DNA from: Chloroflexota bacterium
GTDB taxonomy: Bacteria > Chloroflexota > Limnocylindria > P2-11E
Direction: 5' to 3'
Length of the DNA: 60,188 nt
NCBI GenBank assembly: GCA_005880575.1
Contig: VBIZ01000109.1
Coordinates: 1-60,188 of the forward strand
Part shown: one piece after another, positions 54,291 through 60,188 of the stretch
How the letters are laid out: each line of letters starts with the position of its first letter
Numbering within the stretch: the stretch's first letter is position 1
Notes under the pieces: model-generated
Databases searched by the model: none
Told to the model about the DNA's origin: nothing
Seen by the model: only the letters and a program-made list of their open reading frames with translations
Position numbers and translations under genes: made by a program

Positions 54291-55160
54291 ATGAACGAGC
54301 GCGCGCTTCTCATCGTGAATCCCGGGGCCGGGAAGCGGCACGCCAAGGACGGTGATCTCGAAGAGTGCATCCGTACTCTGACCGGCGCCGGTTTCGACAT
54401 CGACCTCCGCGAGACCGGAACAGACGGGCCGACGTCCGCGGATCTCGCGAAGACCGCGGTGTCGCAGGGCTTCGGGGTGGTGATCGTTGCCGGCGGTGAC
54501 GGGACCGTCGCCCCGGCCGCCGCCGTGCTGCTCGAGACGAATGTGACCCTCGGGATCCTCCCGTTCGGCAGCTACATGAACATCGCGAACGGCCTGGGCA
54601 TCCCACTCGAGCCGATCGAGGCTGCGCGCGTGATCGCGAAGCGCAACGTCAAACGCGCGGACGCCGGCGAGGTCGCGGGAAAAATCTTCTTCGAGACCTG
54701 CGGGGTCGGCCTGGACGCCGACGCGTTCGGCGCGGCGCGTCTGGTGGAGCGCCGTCGCTGGGGTCCGGCGTTTCGCCGGGTGCGGCGATGGGCCACCGCA
54801 CGAACGCATGCCGTCGAGATCACCCTCGATGGCAAGACCGAGCGCCACCGCGTGCTTCAGATCCTCGTCGTGAACAGCCCGTACTACGCGTGGGCGCTGC
54901 CGATCGTGCCCAATGCCGACATGACCGATGGCCTCCTCGAGGTCGCCATCTTTCCGCGCAAGGGGCGGCTCGACCTTCTGCGCTGGGCACTCGAGATCTG
55001 GCGGACTGGGCGACCGGGCAGACCGCCTCGCCTTCTGCGTGGGAAGGTGATCGCGATCGCATCTTCGGAGCCCGTTCCGGTCCACGCCGACGGTCAGATC
55101 GCCGGCCGGCTCCCGGTCACCGTACGCTGCTGCGAAGGCGCGCTACGCGTGTTCGCATGA
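54291..55160 (+). CDS. Diacylglycerol-kinase-family lipid kinase (YegS/DagK-like)
   Basis: Motifs ALLIVNPGAGK, VIVAGGDGTV and GILPFGSYMN. Confidence 0.85.
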   Translation: MNERALLIVNPGAGKRHAKDGDLEECIRTLTGAGFDIDLRETGTDGPTSADLAKTAVSQGFGVVIVAGGDGTVAPAAAVLLETNVTLGILPFGSYMNIANGLGIPLEPIEAARVIAKRNVKRADAGEVAGKIFFETCGVGLDADAFGAARLVERRRWGPAFRRVRRWATARTHAVEITLDGKTERHRVLQILVVNSPYYAWALPIVPNADMTDGLLEVAIFPRKGRLDLLRWALEIWRTGRPGRPPRLLRGKVIAIASSEPVPVHADGQIAGRLPVTVRCCEGALRVFA

Positions 55161-55806
55161 ATTTGCGGCCGATGTCGACCCACGTGCGCACGTGGATGCC
55201 CAACCCCGACAGGGTCCCGGTCACCTTGCCTTCGCTGAGCGCGACCAGCAGCTCCTGCGGAGTCACGAATGGCGCGACGTCGACGTATGCCCGACCGATC
55301 TCGATCGGTCGATGAGAATCGCTGCCGACGCCGCCCGGGAGCGAGTGCTGCCGTGCGAACTCGAGAGCGAGAACGTTGCTCGACGAGGCGACCTCACGGG
55401 CGTTGAACACCTCGACGATGTCCAGGCTCGGCGCGACCCGCTCGAGCACGGAGCGGCGGAGATGCCGTCGGCGGTTCCGGCTGAAGGGATGAGGGACGTA
55501 GGCGAGTCCACCCTGCTCGTGGATGAGATGGATGCTGTGCTCTGCGCTCAGTCCCGGAGCGACCGGCTTCTCGAGATAGAGGCCCACGAGCTCGCCATCC
55601 GCCGTTGTGATCTCTTCTCCGACGATGACCTGGAGCCCGGTGTTCATCTCGCGAAGGCGGAGCGCGCCCTCGATCGTGTCGTGATCGGTGATGCAGACGG
55701 CGCCGAGCTCTGCATGACGGGCCAGCTCGGCGAATTGAGCCAGCGCGACGCGACTGTCGCGCGAGTACTCGGTGTGCATGTGCATGTCCAGACGGACGCG
55801 TTCCAT
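55117..55806 (-). CDS. PHP-domain metal-dependent phosphoesterase
   Basis: Motifs DMHMHTEYSRDS, CITDHDTIEG, YVPHPF and GSDSH. Its 3' end overlaps the convergent lipid kinase by 44 nt. Confidence 0.8.
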   Translation of the reverse strand: MERVRLDMHMHTEYSRDSRVALAQFAELARHAELGAVCITDHDTIEGALRLREMNTGLQVIVGEEITTADGELVGLYLEKPVAPGLSAEHSIHLIHEQGGLAYVPHPFSRNRRRHLRRSVLERVAPSLDIVEVFNAREVASSSNVLALEFARQHSLPGGVGSDSHRPIEIGRAYVDVAPFVTPQELLVALSEGKVTGTLSGLGIHVRTWVDIGRKFMRTRVARLRSSVR

Positions 55807-55845
55807 CCGGCGAGTGTGCGGCAGTTCGCGTGCCGCCCGCCGCGG

Positions 55846-56451
55846 TCAGGCTCGGAGGCTGGGTCCGTTGGCTTCGGCGAACGCGAGGATGTTGACGATC
55901 CGCTCGACATCCGCAGCCGATGTGCGACCGAAGGCGGTGTCGCCGAGGGCCAGGGCCGCTGATGCGGCGGTCGTCGAGTCGAGGGCTGGACTGTGAACGC
56001 CGCGGGCCTTGCGGACCCGGTCGAACGCGGCGGCGAGTCGAGCCCCCGTCTCGCGCCGCAGCTCGCGCGCGACGGTACGCAGCTGGGCATCGATGCCGCA
56101 GGCTTCGATCATCGCTTGGAGCAGAGCTGGATCGGAGCCCGCGATGACGCGGACGACCTCACCCGCGGTGGCATCCGCCTGCTCCGGCCCGAGGGCGTCG
56201 AAGGCTTCGACGCGGAAGGAGTGCTCCTGGTCGATGAGGAAATGCATGAGCTCGGCCTTGTTGACGAACTGGTGATAGAACGTGCCGATCCCCACACCGG
56301 CCACGCGGCAGATCTCGTGGACGCCCGCCTCGTACCCGGCCTGTGCAAAGACCCGTCGCGCGGCGGACACGATGCGCGCGCGATTTTCTTCCCGGCCGTG
56401 TGCCTCGCCGGTCGTTCGTTCCGTCAGACCATCCAATGTCGCTTGGCCCAA
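55846..56451 (-). CDS. TetR-family transcriptional regulator
   Basis: HTH RIVSAARRVFAQAGYEAGVHEICRVAGVGIGTFYHQF. Confidence 0.85.
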   Translation of the reverse strand: MGQATLDGLTERTTGEAHGREENRARIVSAARRVFAQAGYEAGVHEICRVAGVGIGTFYHQFVNKAELMHFLIDQEHSFRVEAFDALGPEQADATAGEVVRVIAGSDPALLQAMIEACGIDAQLRTVARELRRETGARLAAAFDRVRKARGVHSPALDSTTAASAALALGDTAFGRTSAADVERIVNILAFAEANGPSLRA

Positions 56452-56573
56452 GGTTAGAGCACAACCTTCGGATCGTCCCCTTCAATTGGATGGGACGCGC
56501 GATTCAGCCGCGGAACAAGGCGTTGAAACGCGATTCAGCGACGCGATCGGCGGGGGAAGCGCAAACTCGAATC

Positions 56574-57203
56574 ATGGGGGGAGCGGACACCGGCCGGTCG
56601 GCCGTCGACTCGCAACGCGGCGGGATCGCCGTCATCGGCTCGGACGGCACCGTCACGTGGACAGACGAGGCGTGGACTTCCACCGACGATCAGGACGATC
56701 TGCCGCGCGTACCGATCGGAGCGAACCTCCTTGATGCGTACCGCGACTACGCCGATCCACGGACGCGCGCTATCGCGAGCGCAATCACCGCGGTCTTCGA
56801 CGGCACGGCGACCTATTTCGAGATCGAGCACCGCGCCGATCGCGAGAGTCAAACGTCCTTCCTTACGTCGGTCGCTGCGCTACGCGGAGATGGTGCCGGC
56901 GTGGTCCTCATCACCAGGGTCGTCGGCGGACGCGAGCCGACTAACCGCGATCGCATGCCGAACGTTAGGGCTACCGGCGGGCAGTCAGCCGGCAACGGGG
57001 TCGAACGGCTGACGCCGAGAGAGCGCGAGGTGCTTGACCTGATGGCACTGGGCCTCGACAACCGCGCGATCGCGGCAAAGCTTGGGATCGAGTACACGAC
57101 CGTCCGCGGACACGTGCGCTCCGTGATCGAGAAGCTCGGAGCCCGATCGCGCCTCGAAGCAGTGGCTCGCGCGTACCAGGGCGGTTGGGTGCGCAAGCCA
57201 TGA
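56574..57203 (+). CDS. LuxR-family regulator with an N-terminal PAS-like sensor domain
   Basis: C-terminal HTH LTPREREVLDLMALGLDNRAIAAKLGIEYTTVRGHVRSVIEKLG. N-terminal segment GIAVIGSDGTVTWTDEAW...FEIEH is PAS-like. ATG 56574 was chosen because GC3 rises sharply at this point. Confidence 0.75.
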   Translation: MGGADTGRSAVDSQRGGIAVIGSDGTVTWTDEAWTSTDDQDDLPRVPIGANLLDAYRDYADPRTRAIASAITAVFDGTATYFEIEHRADRESQTSFLTSVAALRGDGAGVVLITRVVGGREPTNRDRMPNVRATGGQSAGNGVERLTPREREVLDLMALGLDNRAIAAKLGIEYTTVRGHVRSVIEKLGARSRLEAVARAYQGGWVRKP

Positions 57204-57826
57204 CCGGAGTTGCTCCCGCGGCTTGGCCGGAGCTCCCCATCCCGAGCCACGCGTCCCTCCTGGCCTGGGGGACAGATGAGATTCGCGACGTCTCGCTCTC
57301 GTTCATCACGCAGGGCCTCGATCACCCCGACGAGGCGCTCTTCTGCTTCGGCCGGCCGGGCATTGGCGAGCTCTTGTTGCGGGACCTGGAGCGGCGGACC
57401 GGCCGCGACCTTTCGTCCGACCATCGCGAGGGCCGCATCGTTCTTGGCAAGTCAGACCCTGACGTGGACCGGCAGCTCGAAAACGTGGTCGGACCGCTGG
57501 AGACGTTTCGCGAGAAGGGCTTCCGCGTCGTCCGATTCATTGGGATCGTTGCGTGGAACGCTCCCGATTTTCCGCCACCCGAAGATTTCCTGTGGTTCGA
57601 ATCGAAAGTGACCGAAGTCCTTGAGGGTTCCCGGGTCATCTGTCTGTGCCCTTACGACATCGCAAACATGCCCGCTCGGGCCATCGCATACGGAGCACTC
57701 GAGGCACATCCCTTCGTGCTGAGCGGCGGCAAGCTGCGCGCGAATCCGCTGTTCATTCCGCCCGACCGCTATCTCCGCGACCGCTTGCTCGATCTGCCGC
57801 GTCTCGAAGCGGCCCCGGATCGCTAG
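57200..57826 (+). CDS. MEDS-domain-like sensory protein (DcmR-type sensory domain)
   Basis: ATGA overlap with the LuxR gene. The pattern H.....W...E......F...GL...E......G...L...L......VICLCPYD resembles MEDS. Assigned by eye only. Confidence 0.55.
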   Translation: MTGVAPAAWPELPIPSHASLLAWGTDEIRDVSLSFITQGLDHPDEALFCFGRPGIGELLLRDLERRTGRDLSSDHREGRIVLGKSDPDVDRQLENVVGPLETFREKGFRVVRFIGIVAWNAPDFPPPEDFLWFESKVTEVLEGSRVICLCPYDIANMPARAIAYGALEAHPFVLSGGKLRANPLFIPPDRYLRDRLLDLPRLEAAPDR

Positions 57827-57980
57827 GTCAACCGAGCTTCGGGAGACTGTCGAGCGCGTGGCCTACGTACCCAAATCCGATGAATCCGAGCACCGCGATA
57901 CAGACGAGGAACGCGAATATCCAGAGCAGGAACGCGGTGTTCCTGACGTGGGTGCTGTCGTCCTCAACTTGCTTCGCTGG

Positions 57981-59498
57981 TTATTTCTCCTCCATCGACT
58001 TCGCGATGGCGGCGAGGAACTCCTTGTTCGTCTTGGTCTTGCCGAGGCGCTGCAGCAGCAGCTCCGTGCCTTCAATCTGACCCACGGCCGAGAGCATCTT
58101 CCGCAGCAGGATCACCTGCCGCATGACCTCGGGTGCGAGGAGCATCTCTTCGCGGCGTGTGCCTGAAGCGGGGATGTTGATGGCCGGGAAGGTGCGGCGC
58201 TCCTGGAGCTTGCGGTCCAGGATCATCTCCGAGTTGCCGGTGCCTTTGAACTCTTCGTAGATCACATCGTCCATCCGCGAGCCGGTGTCGACGAGGCAGG
58301 TCGCGAAGATCGAGAGCGAACCACCGCCTTCGATGTTTCGCGCCGCACCGAAGAAGCGCTTCGGGGGGTAGAGCGCGACCGGGTCCATGCCACCCGACAG
58401 CGTGCGGCCGGACGGCGGAACCGCGAGGTTGTACGCGCGGGCGAGGCGGGTGATGGAGTCGAGAAGGATGACCACGTCCCGGCCGGTCTCCACCAGGCGC
58501 TTCGCGCGCTCGAGCGCGAGCTCGGCGACGCGGGTGTGGTTCTCGGTGGGCTCATCGAACGTTGACGAGAACACCTCGCCCTTGATGGAGCGGCGGATGT
58601 CGGTGACTTCCTCAGGCCGCTCGCCGACGAGCACGACCATGATGTGGACGTCCGCATGATTCCCGGAGATGCCGTTCGCGATGTCCTTGAGTAGCTGTGT
58701 CTTTCCTGCCTTCGGCGGAGACACGATCAGCGCGCGCTGGCCATAGCCGAGGGGATTTACCAGGTTGATCAGGCGCTGGCTGAGGTTCCCCGGGTCGACC
58801 TCGAGGTCGAACATCTCGTCCGGGAAGACGGGCACGAGGTTCTCGAAGACCGGCCGCCGCTTCGCTTGCTCCGGGTCGACGCCATTGACGGCGTCGACGC
58901 GCAGGAGGCTGAAGTACTTCTCGCTGTCCTTCGGGGGTCGCGTTCCGCCCGTGACGAAGTCGCCCGTCCTGAGGCCGAGCCGGCGGACCTGGCTCGAACC
59001 GACGTAGACATCTTCCGGTGACGGGAGAAGAGAGCGGCGCCGGAGGAAACCGAAGCCGTCCTCGACGATCTCGAGGATGCCCTGCGCGAAGATTTGGCCT
59101 TGAGCCTCGGTCTGTTCCTGAAGGATGCGGGTGATCAGGTCCTGCTGGCCGAGGCCGGCAGCGCCTTCGATGTTGAGCTCCTTGGCGATCTCGGCGAGCT
59201 CTTTCGGCTTCTTGTCGTTGAGCTCGCCGATCGAGTAGAACTTGCGACTCGGTGCCGGCGGTGAGGGCTCGCGGCGAGTGGCCGTTGCGGTGGCGGTGCC
59301 GCCGTTGGTGGCGGGGCCGTTCGTGGCCGGACCGTTGGGGGCGTTCGTGGTGGGGGTCTCTTTGCTGGTGGGGTTGTTCTCTGCTGAGGTGGGTTCTGGA
59401 TTGTCCAAGCGGTGTGTTCGCTCCTTAGTTTGCCTGCGGCCTTGTTGCCCAGGTCTCTGGCTTTGTGGGTCCGGTGGGCGCATCAGGTGCGCGCGCAT
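57981..59498 (-). CDS. rho: Transcription termination factor Rho with a low-complexity N-terminal extension
   Basis: Motif [21 protein letters not shown], a CSD-like RNA-binding domain, Walker [11 protein letters not shown] and a C-terminal end ...[15 protein letters not shown]. The start is ambiguous: ATG 59498 or 59483, or TTG 59408 preceded by AAGGAG. Confidence 0.93.
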   Translation of the reverse strand: MRAHLMRPPDPQSQRPGQQGRRQTKERTHRLDNPEPTSAENNPTSKETPTTNAPNGPATNGPATNGGTATATATRREPSPPAPSRKFYSIGELNDKKPKELAEIAKELNIEGAAGLGQQDLITRILQEQTEAQGQIFAQGILEIVEDGFGFLRRRSLLPSPEDVYVGSSQVRRLGLRTGDFVTGGTRPPKDSEKYFSLLRVDAVNGVDPEQAKRRPVFENLVPVFPDEMFDLEVDPGNLSQRLINLVNPLGYGQRALIVSPPKAGKTQLLKDIANGISGNHADVHIMVVLVGERPEEVTDIRRSIKGEVFSSTFDEPTENHTRVAELALERAKRLVETGRDVVILLDSITRLARAYNLAVPPSGRTLSGGMDPVALYPPKRFFGAARNIEGGGSLSIFATCLVDTGSRMDDVIYEEFKGTGNSEMILDRKLQERRTFPAINIPASGTRREEMLLAPEVMRQVILLRKMLSAVGQIEGTELLLQRLGKTKTNKEFLAAIAKSMEEK

Positions 59499-59546
59499 CC
59501 GGCTCGTGAGAAGGGGAAAAGGTTGCGTAGGCCAGTATACAGCGGC

Positions 59547-60188
59547 ATGCCGGCCCTGACCACGGCCCAAGTAAACGACCTCGTGGCGCTCTCGCGGGAC
59601 ATCCACGGACATCCCGAGCTCGCCTACCAGGAGCGTCGTGCGCTCACCGCGATCAGCGCGCTCCTCGAGCGCGCTGGCCACCGTGTGGAGCGGGGCATCG
59701 GAGGGCTCGAGACCGCGTTTCGTGCGCGCGTCGGTCCCGCCGACGGTTCAGCCGTCGCCCTGCTCGCCGAGTACGACGCGCTCCCCGACGTCGGACACGG
59801 TTGTGGTCACAACCTGATAGCGATCAGCAACGTTGGTGCCTACCTCATCGCCGCGGCGAGCGCCGCCCGGCTCGAGGTCGGCGTGGAGCTCATCGGCACC
59901 CCCGCTGAGGAGAACGGCGGCGGCAAGATCGACCTGTTGCGTCGCGGCGTATTCGATCGCACCGCGGCGGCGCTGTCGTCACACCCGTCGGGGCAGGTGG
60001 GATGGTCGGTAAGCGGAACAGGCCTCGGCGTCGTCGGCAAGCGCGTGACTTTCACGGGCGTCGCCTCGCACGCGGGCTCTGCGCCCGAAAAGGGCCGCAA
60101 CGCGCTCAACGCCGTCATCCGGTTCTTCGTGGGGATCGACGGATGGCGCCAGCAGCTCGAGGTGGACTCGCGCGTGCATGGCTACATC
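59547..60188 (+). CDS. M20-family amidohydrolase/peptidase. Partial: the 3' end lies outside the window.
   Basis: Motifs IHGHPELAYQE, DALPDVGHGCGHN and GTPAEENGGGK. The frame is open to the window edge and is therefore absent from the ORF track. Confidence 0.8.
   Translation, partial: MPALTTAQVNDLVALSRDIHGHPELAYQERRALTAISALLERAGHRVERGIGGLETAFRARVGPADGSAVALLAEYDALPDVGHGCGHNLIAISNVGAYLIAAASAARLEVGVELIGTPAEENGGGKIDLLRRGVFDRTAAALSSHPSGQVGWSVSGTGLGVVGKRVTFTGVASHAGSAPEKGRNALNAVIRFFVGIDGWRQQLEVDSRVHGYI

Noticed and set aside
53961-55085. A 374-aa minus-strand ORF overlapping the lipid kinase gene
   Set aside because: It is antisense to a DagK-family gene with the GGDGT motif and has no recognisable motifs of its own.
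55117-55160. The 44-nt convergent overlap between the lipid kinase and PHP genes, considered as a possible frameshift or mis-call
   Set aside because: Both frames retain family similarity up to their stops, and I cannot identify an earlier plausible stop. It is noted as an overlap, not as an anomaly.
57858-58166. A 102-aa plus-strand ORF and a 70-aa minus-strand ORF (57863..58075) at the rho 3' end
   Set aside because: One is antisense to rho and the other is out of frame with it. Both have an acidic/Arg-rich or Ser/Arg-rich composition typical of spurious frames.
1-60188. A scan for CRISPR arrays, rRNA/tRNA genes, prophage or integrative elements, and classical defence-system genes
   Set aside because: I saw no regularly spaced short repeats, no integrase, transposase, recombinase or phage structural genes, and no recognisable restriction, Cas, abortive-infection or retron components. 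I found no tRNA cloverleaf in the intergenic regions I inspected by eye. A tRNAscan/Infernal run would be needed for certainty.

Overview
The window is a GC-rich (by eye about two-thirds G+C, not computed), tightly packed bacterial chromosomal segment with about 70 protein genes. I recognised no rRNA, tRNA, CRISPR array, transposase or integrase. Many adjacent genes overlap by 1-4 nt (TGATG, ATGA, GTGA, TAGTG), so most of the window reads as operons. From left to right the content is as follows.

- A heat-shock cluster: hspR 3' end, lon, a cbpA-type J-protein and clpB.
- Two tandem paralogous lipoproteins followed by an M28 peptidase lipoprotein.
- A minus-strand operon: small secreted repeat peptide, 68-aa ORF, dtd, methyltransferase and a small membrane protein. 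It lies divergent from an XRE-HTH/TPR regulator.
- PolX, acylphosphatase and purH.
- A five-gene operon: CelD-like GNAT, GT4 (MshA-like), PIG-L deacetylase and two APH-fold kinases.
- Glycerate kinase and glpX.
- An orphan receiver divergent from a second XRE-HTH/TPR regulator.
- A C1/methionine block: fchA-like and folD, divergent from a SAM-I riboswitch controlling metF and a MetE split into two genes.
- A 153-bp near-perfect direct repeat that duplicates the 5' end of an ECF sigma gene around an inserted 116-aa ORF, followed by the ECF sigma and a putative anti-sigma.
- A DEAD-box helicase, nitroreductase, CHRD protein and M50/CBS protease.
- A sugar ABC transporter locus bracketed by two paralogous GH63-like hydrolases, with a PHP hydrolase, a Gfo/Idh/MocA oxidoreductase and a GDPD.
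- A long molybdate/Moco operon (HTH-TOBE regulator, modABC, moeA, moaC, mogA) that ends in psuG plus an APH-fold kinase.
- A wHTH/degenerate-GGDEF protein, a lipid kinase, a PHP protein, TetR, and a PAS-LuxR + MEDS pair.
- rho, and the 5' part of an M20 amidohydrolase.

The strongest candidate for something undescribed is the XRE-HTH/TPR regulator (11052..12368). It is paired divergently with a signal-peptide-bearing 73-aa ORF whose C-terminus carries the heptapeptide SFPEDPW twice, encoded with synonymous codon differences. This architecture resembles the RRNPP peptide quorum-sensing systems of Firmicutes, here in a non-Firmicute-looking genome.

All family calls come from motif recognition by eye. 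No database search or computation was run.
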